Below, in pieces: positions 11,745 to 24,807 of a stretch of DNA of 64,000 nt. Within the stretch, counting starts at the first letter, position 1. Each line of letters opens with the position of its first letter. Under the pieces are notes generated by a model that made no database searches, had not been told where the DNA came from, and worked only from the letters and a program-made list of their open reading frames with translations. The stretch is from Malacoraja senta (lineage: Eukaryota): positions 47,368,001-47,432,000 of the forward strand of contig CM075981.1 of assembly GCA_038087875.1 (NCBI GenBank), in the 5' to 3' direction. The position numbers were made by a program, and so were the translations under genes.

Positions 11745-12730
11745 TTGTTGGAAATACTCTTATGTGGATAGTTAGACTCTAGGAGGGACCATACTGGACC
11801 ATGTATTGGGAAACGAGCATGGCCAGGGGACTGGTGTTGAGGCGGAATAAGCATGTGTGGACAGTAATCATATGTTTTAAGATTATTTGGAATTGGGACA
11901 GATCTGAATGATGGGGGGAGGTACTTAATTGGGACAAGACAGATTACAGTGTTATTAGGCAGGAGCTAGGAAGACTAGATTGGGATCAGTTGTTATTGGG
12001 TAAATCCAGAGATGACATGTTGGAGTCATTTAAAGGCCAGCTAATCAAAGTGCAGAATTGGCATGTTCCAGTGAGAAGGAGGGATAAGGACGGCAAGTTA
12101 AGGGAACTGTGTATAACCAAGGAGGTTGTAAACTTGGTCAGGGAGAGAAAGGAAGTGTTTAGGAAAAAACTGCAGATGTTGGTTTACATCGAAGGTAGAC
12201 ACAAAATGCTGGAGTAACTCAGCGGGACAGTCAGCATCTCTGGACCATTCCTTCTCTCCAGAGATACTGCCTGTCCCACTGAATTACTCCAGCATTTTAT
12301 GTCTACCTTCGAAAGGAAGTGTATGTCAGATTTAAGAAAATCACATCCGGTGGGACTTATGCAAAATATAAAGCGGATAGGAAAGAGCTCAAGTGAGCAA
12401 TTAGAAGGGCCCAAAGTGGGCGTGAAATATCATTAGAAAGACATATTAAGGAAAATTCCAGGGCTTTTTATACATTTGTTAAAAAATAAGACAGTGACCA
12501 GGAAGAAGGCAGGACTGCCCAAAAATAGAGGAGGAAATCAATGCGTGGAGTCGGAGGATGTAAGTGAAGTTCTAAAGGAGTACTTTGCATCGTGTAGGAA
12601 GGAACTACAGATGCTGGGTTACACCAAAGATAGACACAAATTGCTGGAGTAACTCAGCAGGACATCTGTATTCATTGAGGAGAAGGGAGCACAGCAGTAT
12701 CAGTTGGAGATTGAGAAGATGGTGGTGCAG
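11745..12730 (+). mobile_element. Old CR1 ORF2 fragment (EN/linker) with two nested Penelope-derived insertions
   Basis: TR.G.ILD.VL.N, DW..LL and LKEYFASVF remnants. Confidence 0.75.
12159..12310. mobile_element. Penelope-derived foldback insertion with 12-bp TSD
   Basis: Inverted arms of the GCTGAGTTACTCCAGCATTTT family. GAAAGGAAGTGT occurs at both 12147-12158 and 12311-12322. Confidence 0.8.
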
Positions 12731-13480
12731 AGTCTCTGAGCTGACATTGACAGGTTGATGAGTTCTCAAACCAACTGACAGAGGTAGTATTGTTGTTTGG
12801 TATACTGACCTCCAACTCTGTGGCTGACCACCAGTTCCTTTATGTGTCGGAAGGAACTGCAGATGCTGGTGTCTTTTCCTTTATCTCTTTATACCTTGTA
12901 TCAGGCCAATATTTCCCAGGTAATCCCTAATTTCCTTTGATCTTGCCACCATAGTTTCCAAACAACCGATAACCGCCCTGTCCTCATCTCTGACTGCACT
13001 GTTGTGCTGAGGACCTGGCATGAACTGCTGCCCTTGCAGCTAATATGCACAGCAAGCCATTGCAGTGCCTCGAAACTAGGGGCCAAGAAGCTGGTTTCGA
13101 TCTCTGACCTCCTGGCTACCGCTGTGCCCAGAACCTGACATAATCCCCACACTTTGGTGCTCTTATAAACAAAGAATCATCCATAGTTCTGTGTAGAAAG
13201 GCTCTCTGTGAGGGCTGGTGTGGTGTGGTGGCTCATTGCTGCATTCATCTTGACACAGTGAGTGCTAGCAAGACCTGTAACTGGCATGACCTACTACGTG
13301 TTTTGAGAGATCCTATGGAATCCAGGCAGTCTATTGAAACATGGAGCAGATATGGCTAGCCCTCAACAGTAGCTGATACTGTAATTGAGGGCCAGAGTAT
13401 GACCCTGCCCTGCGCCAGCAAGTCTCCCAACAGCCAGCCTTCCTGTGCTAATTACAGATGGAAGTCCTAGCGTAAGGTAA

Positions 13481-13607
13481 AGGGCCTGACCCACTTACGC
13501 GATTTTTTTCGGCGACTGCCGGCACCCGTCATAGTCGCAAGCAGGTCGCCGACCTATGACGGGTGCCGGCAGTTGCCGAAAAAAATCGCGTAAGTGGGAC
13601 AGGCCCC
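13481..13607. mobile_element. PIF/Harbinger-type MITE (short palindromic derivative)
   Basis: TIR GGGCCTG(A/T)CCCACTTACG. The element is almost fully palindromic and shares sequence with 17189-17478. Confidence 0.8.
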
Positions 13608-14289
13608 TTTGTGCCAAGATCCTGACAGAGCAGCACATAAAGCACAGCTCAAGCAGATGCCATTTTTAAGCACAGTGTGTTCAGACTGAAGGATTAAAAT
13701 TGCTGTAATAAATCAGCAGGGTGATGTTAAGACAGATGCCAGTGTATTGACGCTGCTTCCTACAAGCATGTAGAACTCAAAGATTTCATTTCTCCTGCAA
13801 ATTTGCATACTGCTCTTTCCTTTTATCGACTTTTCTACCTCCATCTCAGATGATATGTGACTGACCAGTTTCTCTTACAAGCCCACTGATTCCTGCAGTT
13901 ATCATCCTCCCTCCCTCCCTCCCTCCCTCCTTCCTTCCCTAACTCTGTCTGTTGTGCAGCAGTGCTTCTGAGTTGTCTTTCTATTTCCTTAACCATGAGT
14001 TCCCTCCACTGTAGTTAACAAACTGTCCATTCTTTTTCCTGCATTTCTGCTCTCACTTTCCACCGGAGTAACAATGGGGTATCCCTTCACCTTGCTTTCA
14101 CCTTGCCATTCTCTCCAGTTTCCTCGCCATGCTCTACAATTTCCACAATCTTTAATATGATGCCACCTCCAGAGAGATCTTTCTTCCCCTCCCTCCCCCA
14201 CTTTCAGCATTTTGAAGGATTTTTCCCTCTGTAGTTCCCTGATTGTGTCATATTTCCACTATTTATCAATCAATCCTCCTCTTGTGATA

Positions 14290-14424
14290 TGTGTGGTAAG
14301 GAACTGCAGATGCTGGTGTAAAACAAAGATAAACATAAAAAGCTGGAGTAACTCAGGGACAGGCAGCATCGCTGGAGAGAAGGAATGGGTGATGTTTCGG
14401 GTCAAGACCCTTCTTCGGACTGGT
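14290..14424 (-). mobile_element. Penelope-derived short element with mutated hammerhead core
   Basis: Minus strand reads AGT CCGAAGA A GGGTC TT GACCC GAAAC ATC followed by the family body. Confidence 0.75.
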
Positions 14425-14734
14425 TAGGGATAGTTTCCCATACAATTGCAGATGATGCAACAGCTGCCCTGTTTTCAATTCCCATTTCATCATCCAGAGA
14501 TTGGAACATTCCTTAAAGATGAAACAACTATTTACTTGTACATTCAATTTAGTGCACTGCATTTCTACTGGTGCTATGGTCTAGCGACATTGGAAAAACT
14601 AAATGCAGATTGCGTGACCATTGTGCTGAGCATCTTCATGCAGTCAGCAAGGATGAACATAAGCATGCAGTGGCCTGTTGCTTCAATTCTCCATCCGGCT
14701 CCCACTCTGAGCCTGTCTTTGGCCTCGAGTTGTT

Positions 14735-15320
14735 CCAGTCAAGTGTGTTTGATTGTTATATGTACTTGCAGCAGCATAACAGGTCTGTAAACATTGTACT
14801 CAATAGATAACAAAATAACAAATAAACAAAAAAAAGTTCAGTAAACAGAAGAATATTAGTGCAAGACAAAACAAAAGCTCGAAATCCGTAGTGCAACCAA
14901 GATGCCTTGTAGTTAAAGCTCAGTTAGTGTTTGTAGCGTTCAAACAACTGATGATTTTTGGGGAAACAGTTGTTCCTGGACCTGGGGGTCTCTGTTTTCA
15001 AACTCCTTTACCATCTTCCTGATGGCAGGAGTGAAATTAGAGTGTGGCCTGGAAAAGTGGGTCCTACATGATGCTGGTTGGCTTTTTAGGCAGCACATCT
15101 TATAGATCTCTTCTATGGTGGGGAGGTCAGTACCCATGTCCACCATTCTTTGTGATCTCTTTTGGTCTTGGGCACTTGAGTGTCTAACCAGGCTAAGATC
15201 CAACCTGTCAATACGCTCTCTACCGTACAGCTGTAGATGTTATAGAGAGTATTCATCGACATATTGAATCTCCTCAATCATCTTAAACAAGTGGAGGTGT
15301 TGATGGACTTTCTATCCCCA
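14735..15320 (-). mobile_element. Rex1/Babar-like LINE 3' fragment
   Basis: Minus ORF QRMVD..GTDLPTIEEIYK.CCLK..DPH, plus a typical 3' tail. Confidence 0.65.
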
Positions 15321-15652
15321 TTTAACAGCATTTGATCTTCTAAATAGGAAGCTTTCTGATGTCAACAATGAACTCAACAATTTCTGGCACTATACCTTGC
15401 TGAACTGGTCAGGTTTGATGAAAGATCATCACCCTCTAGCATTTACTCAGTTTCCTTTTATCTTCCATAGGTTGGTGTCTGACCAGCTGGCTTTTTCCAG
15501 CCTGCCTATTTTCAATTTCCAGCAACTGCAGTGTGTTGTATCTCATAATTTTAAGATCAGTTGCAATTAACAAGCTTTCACCACCACTATTTGCATAAGC
15601 CTCTCTTGGTTTCCACCCATTCGCAAACATTCCTTGTGTTCCCTCTGCCTCA

Positions 15653-15880
15653 AGGGCCTGTCCCACTTTCACGACCTAATTCACGACCTTTTTTACTCGT
15701 GGACATTTTTCATCATGCTAGAAAAAACACCCCGACCTACGTGATGCCACGAGTACCTACGACTAGCATCACAATCTCCTACAACCTACCTACGACCTCG
15801 TGACGACCATGCTGCGAGTGTGAGTCAAGGGCAAACTCGGCAGAGGTCGTGAACTAAGTTGTGAAAGTGGGACAGGCCCT
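15653..15880. mobile_element. PIF/Harbinger-type MITE, TSD TCA
   Basis: TIR AGGGCCTGTCCCACTTTCAC. TCA occurs at 15650-15652 and 15881-15883. Confidence 0.85.
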
Positions 15881-16472
15881 TCACTTTATTGCCTGTAATT
15901 AAAAATCTGCAATTTTTAAAAACTTTACCCTAATTTTGATGAACATTACCTGCAGTTCTTTTTCCACTACTGTTGTCTGATTTGCTGAGTATTTCCAGGA
16001 TATCCTGTTTCTTTTAAGATTTCAGGATCTGCAAGTTTTTTTTTCATCCAAGTTATTAGCTTGGCTCAATGTTAATTGCACACCATAACTGCAAAACATG
16101 GAATTTCTTACTGTAAGGCAGTAAACAGCAAATTTGCTATGTTTACTTCACCACATTCTCCAGAGATGCTGCCTGACCCGATGAGTTGCTCCAGCACATT
16201 GTGTTCTATGAAAGGTTCCAGCATCTGCAATGTCTTGTGTCTCTATGTACAGATTGGATGACGTGGTATTTATTGTAATAGTTTAGCAATGTGTTCAACT
16301 ACCCGTCCCCCCCACTCCCTACCAGCCCACAGCCCAAAGCAAGTTGTCAAACTGGATTCATTATTTAGTGAATTTTGGGCTTGCCCAAGTATTAGAGGCT
16401 GCATTTCTATAACCAAGGCATCCTGATTCCCTACACTGTGTGGGTTTGATGCAGCTCCAATCTCACATTATG

Positions 16473-16560
16473 AGTCTGAAGAAGGGTCTCAACCCAAAAC
16501 GTCACCCATTCCTTCTCTCCAAAGATGCTGCTGAGTTACTCCAGCATTCGGTGTCTACCT
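16473..16560 (+). mobile_element. Penelope-derived short element with hammerhead-like core (G12>A)
   Basis: AGT CTGAAGA A GGGTCTCAACCC AAAAC GTC followed by the family body. Confidence 0.75.
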
Positions 16561-17188
16561 TGCTATTTCTCATGCATTTTTCCCCCACTGCAATATTGCA
16601 TTTTCAGCACACTTCACTATGTATTTGTATTTTGGAATTTTGTTACACTCTAGGCAAGTCTTGCTGCTTTGCCCGGGTCACAGTGAACCACTTTTTTTTT
16701 TGCTTGCCTCTGTTACTACAACATCCATAACATATGACCTACTTTAGTCAAGTCATCGTTCACCTGCTGTTTTGAAACCCTGCATATAACTTATTGGATT
16801 AAAGATAGCTTCAAAGCTTGGCTAAATTAAATTGTGATTTTAGGAACACTCCAAACTGTTCAAAAACGCTTCCAATGTTTAGGGTACACTATTTAAAATT
16901 TCACAATGAAATTGTCTTTCTTTCCAAGCTTTGTATCTATTATGGAAGTGTGAATTGTTGCAGGCAAAATGAATTGAAGAATAATTTGGAAATTAATTAT
17001 TGAACTTGTACTGAGCCCTCTGACAATAAATTGTAAAACAGGTATTGAAAAATGAGAATGATTAATAAAGAGGATGATAAATAGAGTTGCAAGTCAGAAG
17101 TCATCACATTACAAAATGCTTATCCATGTTGGTCCTCTTTAAGAATCTTGGATGTTGGCAGTTTTGCTTCATGAATAGGTATGCTTAA

Positions 17189-17478
17189 TGTGCCTGTCCC
17201 ACTTACGTGACTTGTTCGGCGACTGCCGGCACCCGTCATAGGTCGTTGCAGGTCGGCAAAATTGTTTTAATATGTTGAAAATCCAGCGGCGACCAGATAG
17301 ACGCTACGACATTTCGCGCGGGGTGAAGCCTGTTTGGTCGTGAGTAGTCGCCCAAAGAGTCGTACCTTGTTCTGGTCGCCGCTGGATTTTTAACATGTTG
17401 AAAATTTTCGCCGACCTGCAATGACCTATGACGTGTGCCGGCAGTCGCCGAAAAGGTCACGTAAGTGGGACAGGCCCA
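17189..17478. mobile_element. PIF/Harbinger-type MITE, TSD TAA
   Basis: Long inverted arms (over 100 bp). TAA occurs at 17186-17188 and 17479-17481. Confidence 0.88.
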
Positions 17479-17840
17479 TAAGCATGTGCTTGAAAAACTA
17501 GGGGATTACAAAATATATAAATATTTTAATTTTGTGAGACTGGGCGCAATATTTCTCAATTTCTTTAGCTGCATGAAGAATATTCTTGATTAATTTTTGG
17601 AGAGTCAGATTAGGTGTTTTATCAGAAGCTGTTTATAAAATGGTAAAGCTTATGAGACGCACTGAATCAAGTATACTTTCTAATACGTTCTTGTCTCTGA
17701 TCAGGCAACCTATACACAATAAATTGGTGGATGCCAGAGTTGGTTTGCATGGTTATTTTAAATTAAAGATGTTCAAAGACATGATTAAAAATACATTAAC
17801 ATTTTAATGCATATAACATACGTAACCATATAAACCTTCT

Positions 17841-17970
17841 AGTCTGAAGAACGGTGTTGCCATGAAATGTCGACTGTCTATTTCCTCCCCAGATGCTGTC
17901 TGACCCGCTGAGTTCCTCCAGTGGTTTGTTTTGCTCAAGACTCCAGCATCTGCAGTTTCTTATGTCTCTA
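17841..17970 (+). mobile_element. Penelope-derived short element with hammerhead-like core
   Basis: AGT CTGAAGA ACGGTGTTGCCAT GAAAT GTC followed by the family body. Confidence 0.7.
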
Positions 17971-18199
17971 AAGATTCTAGTTACTGTCTGTAATATAACT
18001 GATGTCCATTAGATTTTCAATGTAGGTATTTGATAAGGAGGATTGCAAATGGTTTAAAATATGATCAAGACGACAAAGAATTATCTTTTTCGTTGTGTAA
18101 CCAAAAACTCTGGTTTGCTTTAAATAGGATTATTAGCTGGCAGGTTATTTTACTGCTTGTTTACTCTTTTGTGTTCATGATTTTGATTTTCCTGATACA

Positions 18200-19837
18200 C
18201 AGTGCCCTCCATAATGTTTGGGACAAAGACCCACCGTTTATTTATTTGGCTCTGTACTCCACAATTTGAGATTTGTAATAGAAAAAATCACATGTGGTTA
18301 AAGTGCACATTGTCAGATTTTATTAAAAGCCATTTTTATACATTTTTGTTTCACCGTGTAGAAATTACAGCTGTGTTTATACATAGTCGACCCCCCCCCC
18401 ATTTCAGGGCACCATAATGTTTGGGACACATGGCTTCACAGGTGTTTGTAATTGCTCAGATGTGTGTAAATGCCTCTTTAATGCAGGTATGAGAGCTCTC
18501 AGCACCTATTCTTTCCTCCAGTCTTTCCATCACCTTTGGAAAATTTTATTGCTCTTTATCAACATGAGGACCAAAGTTGTGCCAATGAAAGTCAAAGAAG
18601 TCATTGTGAGACTGAAAAACTAGAATAAAACTGTTAGAGACATCAGCCAAACCTTAGGCTTACCAAAATCAACTGTTTGGAACATCATTAAGAAAAAAGA
18701 GAGCACGGGTGAGCTTACGATTCTCAAAGGAAGTGGCAGGCCAAGGAAGACAGCTGATGACAGAAGAATTCTCTCCATAATAAAGAAAAATCCTCAAACA
18801 CCTGTCTGACAGATCAGAAACTCTCTTCAGGAGTCAGGTGTGGATTTGTCAATGACCACTGTCTGCAGAAGACTTCATGAACAGAAATACGGAGGCTACA
18901 CTGCAAGATGCAAACCACTGGTTAGCCGCAAAAATTGGATGCACTGGTTACAGTTTTCCAAGAAGTATTTAAAAGAGCAACATCAGTTCTGGAAAAGGGT
19001 TTTGTGGATAGATGAGACGAAAATTAACATATCAGAGTGATGGCAAGAGTATGGAGGAGAGAAGGAACTGCCCGAGATCCAAAGCATACCACCTCATCTT
19101 TGAAACACGGTGGTGGGGGTGTTATGGCCTGGGCCTGGGCTGAAGGTACTTGCTCACTTATCTTCATTGATGATACAACTGCTGATGGTAGTAGCATAAT
19201 GAATTCTGAAGTGTATAGACACATCCTATCTGCTCAAGTTCAAACAAATGCCTCAAAACTCATTGGCCAGGGGTTCATTCTACAGCAAGACAATGGTCCC
19301 AAACATACTGCTAAAGCAACAAAGGAGTTTCTCAAAGCTAAAAAATGGTCAATTCTTGAGCGGTCAAGTCAATCACCCGATCTGAACTCAAATTGAGCAT
19401 GCCTTTTATATGCTGAAGAGAAAACTGAAGGGGACTAGCCCCCAAAACAAGCATAAGCTAAAGATGGCTGCAATACAGGCCTGGCAGAGCATAACCAGAC
19501 AAGACACCCAGCAACTGGTGATGTCCATGAATCGCAGACTTCAAGCAGTCATTGCATGCAAAGGATATGTAACAAAATTCTAAAGATGACTACTTTCCTT
19601 TAAATGACACTGCTGTGTCCCAAACATTATGGTGCCCTGAAATGGGGGGGACTATGTATAGACACTGCTGTAATTCCTTCATGGTGAAACCAAAATGTAT
19701 AAAAATGGCCTTTATTAAAATCTGGCAATGTGCACTTTAACCACATGTGATTTTGTCTATTACAAATCTCAAATTGTGGAGTACAGAGGCAAATAAATAA
19801 ATGATGGGTCTTTGTCCCAAATATATGGACGGTACTG
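18200..19837 (+). mobile_element. Tc1-family (DD34E) IR/DR transposon, full length, defective transposase
   Basis: CAGTG..CTG termini with TA at 19838-19839. TIRs over 200 bp with the internal direct repeat CCATAATGTTTGGGACA. Transposase from ATG 18564 has WIDETK, QQDNGPKH and SPDLN motifs with stops and frameshifts. Confidence 0.95.
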
Positions 19838-20562
19838 TATTTGGTACTTTTCAGCGGTATCAGGTGTAGACAATGTTATTTCCTGGAGGAATTTTTATAT
19901 ATTTATTAGTAAGTTCTATACATTTTGTCTCTTACTTTGTAACTTTGAAAGACTGTTAATGGTGATTGCAGGAACAGCAAATCAGTGTGCATTAAGGAAT
20001 GTATCAGACAATTTCCTGTAGTTGTGCAATAATATTGTTAATTCATCCAAACTTTCTATGATGCTTGAATTATTTAGCATGCTGGCACAATTATTCCAAA
20101 GGGATAAAAAGTTCAACTGAGGCATTGTAATCCAATGTGCCCAATACATCATTTATGTCTTATTTTATTGTTTCATCTCAAATTTCACTGATCACCTCCA
20201 TCATTAATATTTCAATATAACAATAGACATTTTTTCGAGTACAACACATTTTACAAGCATTGTGTTTGGAATTGTACATGGTTATATTTTTAATAGAAGG
20301 TGAAAAATTTATGAAATCCTACAAATTTTTAATGTTATTTTTGTTGCAGTATTCATACTGATTAGAAATTATTAAATCTAATTGGTTTGTAAGAGGTGGT
20401 GATTGTGTCCAAATGTTTTTCCTTAATTCGGAAGATGGTTCTGACCCAAAACATCATCTGCCCTTTTCCCCTGACAGATGCTGCCTGACCTGCTGAGTTT
20501 CTTCAACACTCTGTATTTTGCTAATTTTTCCTTTATTGTTTGTCCCTGCCTCAGTACCTAGA

Positions 20563-22230
20563 CAATAGGTGCAGGAGTAGGCCATTCAGCTCTTCGAGCC
20601 AGCGCCGCCATTCAATGTGATCATGGCAGATCATCCCCAATCAATACCCCGTTCCTGCCTTCTCCCCATATCCACTGACTCCGCTATCTTTAAGAGCCCC
20701 ATCCAGCTCTTGCTTGAAAGTATCCAGAGAACCGACCTCCACCTGAGGCAGAGAATTCCACAGACTCACAACTCTCTGTGTGAAAAAGTGTTTCCTCATC
20801 TCGGTTCTAAATGGCTCACCCCTTATTCTTATACAGTGGCCCCTGGTTCTGGACTTCCCCAACATCGGAAACATGATTCCTGGCTCAAGTGTGTCCAAAC
20901 CCTTAATAATCTTATATGTTTCAATAAGAACCCCTCTCATCCTTCTAAACTCCAGAGTATACAAGCCCAGCCGCTTCATTCACTCAGCATGTGACAGTCC
21001 CGCCATCCCGGGAATTTACCTTGTAAACCTACGCTGCACTCCCTCAATAGCAATAATGTCCTTCCTCAAATTAGGGGACCAAAACGGCATACAATATTCC
21101 AGATGTGGTCTCACTGGGGCCCGATAAAACGGCAGAAGGATCTCTTTGCTCCTATACTCAACTCGTCTTGTTATGAAGGCCAACATGCCATTCGCTTTCG
21201 GCACTGCCTGCTGTACCTGCGTGAACAAGGACCCCCAGATCCCGTTGTACTTCCCCTTTTCCCAACTTGACACCATTTAGATAATAATCTGCCTTCCTGT
21301 TTTTGCTACCAAAGTGGATAACCTCACATTTATACACTTTAAACTGCATCTGCCATGCATCTGCCCACTCATCTGTCCAAGTCGCCCTGCATTCTCATAA
21401 CATCCTCCTCACAGTTCACACTGCCACCCAGCTTTGTGTCATCTGCAAAAATGCTAATGTTACTTTGAATCCCTTCATCTAAATCATTGATGTATATTGT
21501 AAATAGCTGCGGTCCCAGCACTGAGCCTTACGGTACCCCACCCACTAGTCACTGCCTGCCATTCTGAAAGGGACCCGTTAATCCCTACTCTTTGTTTCCT
21601 GTCTGCCAACCAATTTTCTATCCGTCAGCACTCTACCCCCAATACCATGTGCCCTAATTTTGCCAACTAATCTCCTATGTCGGACCTTATCAAATGCTTT
21701 CTGAAAGTCCAGGTACACTACATCTACTGGCTCTCCCTTGTTCATTTTCCTAGTTACATCCTCAAAAAATTCCAGAAGATTAGTCAAGCATGATTTCCCC
21801 TTCGTAAATCCATGCTGACTCGGAGCGATCCTGTTACTGCTATCCAAATGTGCCGCTATTACATCTTTTATGATTGACTCCAGCATCTTCCCCATCACCT
21901 GTCAGGCTAACTGGTCTATAATTCCCTGTTTTCTATCTCCCACCTTTCTTAAAAAGTGGACTAACATTAACTACCCTCCAATACACAGGAACTGATCCTG
22001 AATCTCTAGAACATTGGAAAATGAACACCTATGTATCCACGATTTCTAGAGCCACTTCCTTAAGTACCCTGGGATGCAGACCATCAGGCCCTGGGGATTT
22101 ATCAGCCTTCAGTCCCATCAGTCTACCCAACACCATTTCCTGCCTAATGTGGATTTCCCTCAGTTCCTCCGTCACCCCAGAACCTCTGGCCACTAGTACA
22201 TCAGGAAGATTGTTTGTGTCCTCCTTAGTG
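20563..22230 (-). mobile_element. CR1 LINE, 5'-truncated (RT plus 3' end)
   Basis: QHGFTKGKSCLTNLLEFFE, YLDFQKAFDKV, VRPHLEYC and FFTQRVV motifs plus the 3' tail. Confidence 0.95.
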
Positions 22231-22458
22231 GAGAAGATTGTTTGTGTCCTCTTAAAACTCCTCCAGTTTTAATTACATTGAAGTAGATGTTCAGAAATCC
22301 ATGCACATCATGGACTGGGTGTTCAAGTTCATTTTGTCATGCATTTCAATTTTCTATGCTCCCTGTTTTATTACCAAGAAGTAAACTCTTACCTGGAAAT
22401 TACTGCAGCAAACAATTATTTATCTTATGGTTTCTATGAACGGAACACACCAACAGAT

Positions 22459-22619
22459 AGACACAAAATGCTGTAGTAACTCAGCGGGACAGGATGACGT
22501 TGAAGGGTCTCTACGTCAACGTCACCCATTCCTTCTCTCCATAGATGCTGCTTGTCCCGCTGAGTTACTCCAGCATTTTGTGTATCTTCGGTGTAAACCA
22601 GCATCTGCAGTTTCTTCCT
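22459..22619. mobile_element. Penelope-derived foldback insertion with 14-bp TSD
   Basis: ACACACCAACAGAT occurs at 22445-22458 and 22620-22633, and the insert has inverted arms. Confidence 0.85.
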
Positions 22620-22696
22620 ACACACCAACAGATGTATTTTAGGTCTAGTCTCTTGAAACTTAGGAAAATGCAAATATTTGCACTTTTGTTTGACAG

Positions 22697-22770
22697 ACGA
22701 TGGACCCCACTGTAGCTGAGATGGGCAAAATCCTCAATCAGGCCATGAAGATGTTGGAGGACACTGAAAG
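22697..22770 (+). CDS. PDXDC1: PDXDC1 exon 2 (TMDPTVAEMGKILNQAMKMLEDTER)
   Basis: ttttgtttgacAG acceptor, GTTAGT donor, 74 nt. Matches human IADPTLAEMGKNLKEAVKMLEDSQR. Confidence 0.95.
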
Positions 22771-24073
22771 GTTAGTTTGGAATTTTTAGCAGTTAAAAAA
22801 TCTGACTGTTATTTTTCTTGAAAGGGTTTGGAGAGCTTTAAGATTTTCCTGAATGGAAGACGCAAAAGATAACAAAATAATTGTCTTTTCAGTGGTTCAG
22901 GAGCATGTCCACTAAATAACTTAAGGTTGTACAACCACCTGGCACATTTCAAACTCTTGTCACAAATTTGTTGCCAGTGGTTACTGCCTACTCACATGAA
23001 TTTGCATGTTCTGGAAGTGGAAGGCCGTTATTACAGGACAGTAAGTTAGATTAAACCAGAATAAACTTGTCCTATCAGACTACTTTCAATCATCAGCAAA
23101 ATGATGCAGGTTGTCATTAACAGTGCTGTCAAGCAGCACTTACTCATTAATAAATAACCTATTTTCTAATATCGTTGGTGGTTGGGTATCGTAGCTGTGA
23201 GGTTAAATGTCATTACAAGCCCCTAACATTTTGGAAAATGTAAACACTTGAAAATAAATGTCTATAAAATGAATTACTGTTTTAATAAAATAGCTCATTG
23301 TACTTATTATTTACCAGTAATTAAACAAAACTAAAATGTTTTACACTTTGGTAAAAGGAACTTGCTTTCTTTTTTTCTTCTCTGCGGTTCTATAGTTGAA
23401 ATCAACAGGATTGCAGATCCTGTGAAAAGTCAAACCTGGCACCAAATCTAAATATGATCATGGTATAGCAGCTGAGCACCTTGATAGATATAGATCTATC
23501 TATGTACACTTAGAAACCCTGGGCTTATGGGAAATGTTGGTGGTTCTGTTAAGGACCACTGTTGCTTGCCTGCATAATCTGATCTCTCCTGATGAATTGG
23601 GACATTTCATCAACATTTTCAATACCAGATTATGATAAATGACCAGATTATGATAAATTACCTCAGTAACTTAGGAAGTCTTCAATTTTGTCAAAGCTCC
23701 ATTCCCCTGGTTATCAATTCCTTGGCCATAATATGTTTATTCTCAATGTTATAAAAAATAAAATAAACACATCCCTGAGGCAATTGTGTGCTGGATTAAG
23801 TAGCTGCGCAAAAAAATTGTTTTTTTTTTCTTTGATCATTATGGAACCTAATTTTTGATATTTCAATCAGGATTACAAAAAAGTCTTGAAGCATGATGAA
23901 AATGTATATCGTGATATCTTTTGCAATTGAATATATTTAGTCAGCTCATTGTTATAGTATCTTTTAGTGAAGATGTGCATATGTGTATTTAAATTATTAT
24001 GCATGAAAACTTGGTAGTCATTCCATTTTTGCAATAACTTCAAATTAAGGACCAATTTTACTGATCAAATTAG

Positions 24074-24142
24074 GGAGACAGATGAAGAAAAGGAGAAAAA
24101 TAAATATGCTAGGAAAGATATTCCTGGTCCATTGCAGGGCAG
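24074..24142 (+). CDS. PDXDC1: PDXDC1 exon 3 (ETDEEKEKNKYARKDIPGPLQGS)
   Basis: AG acceptor, GTGAGT donor, 69 nt, phase 2-2. DIPGPLQGS is identical to human. Confidence 0.93.
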
Positions 24143-24807
24143 GTGAGTAATGTTATAAATCATTCGTAATGGTTTGAATTATTACCTTTGCTTTCTTTGG
24201 CAATATAGTTCTGTTTCACAATTAGATTTTCATACAGCAGTACTCTTAATGGAAACATGACCCAACTATAATTTGATATAGAAGATCTTTTGATGTCAAT
24301 TTTCACAAAAATACATTTTTATTTGTACCATATTTATTAAATGCTTTCTTTCCAGATTTGCAGATCTATTTATATTTTGCTATACCAAATCTGCAATCTA
24401 ATTTGTACTACTTCATAAAACATCCCAGTGCACTAAAGGAAAATGAAATAACCAGACGGGAAAAGGAAGAATTGTGTTAAACATATTTTAAAATATTTAA
24501 GTCTGAGAAGGCCTTATAAAAATGAAAAGATGGCTGTCAATGTAGTTTACAGAGAATTTTCTCCGTGTAGGTGAAGTAAATGGCTGAAGTAAACTAGAAG
24601 GCCACAGTTAAAAGATAGACAGGATTAGAAGGCTGCTTGTGTTGTGAGGAGGGAGAACATAGAATAGGATTTTGAAGTCTATGTGCAGATAGTGATGGAC
24701 CGAGCAAAATTGGCAACCAGGTGGAGAAATAGGCTTTAGTGTGGAATAAACCTGAGTGCTTCCACCACAATTGGTAATGATAGCATTTAAATCACTGAAA
24801 AGAAGAA

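Larger units (their letters stand above)
13770..15545 (+). mobile_element. Degraded Penelope-like element (RT C-terminus, GIY-YIG endonuclease, terminal repeat), interrupted
   Basis: YKPTD at 13876-13890 and IF..PPLSAF remnants. ORF 14571-14810 IGKTKCRLRDHCAEHL..VACCFNSP resembles PLE YIGETKRRLGDRFAEHL..VANHFNSP. A degenerate terminal repeat lies at 15410-15540, and another at 15930-16040. Confidence 0.75.
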
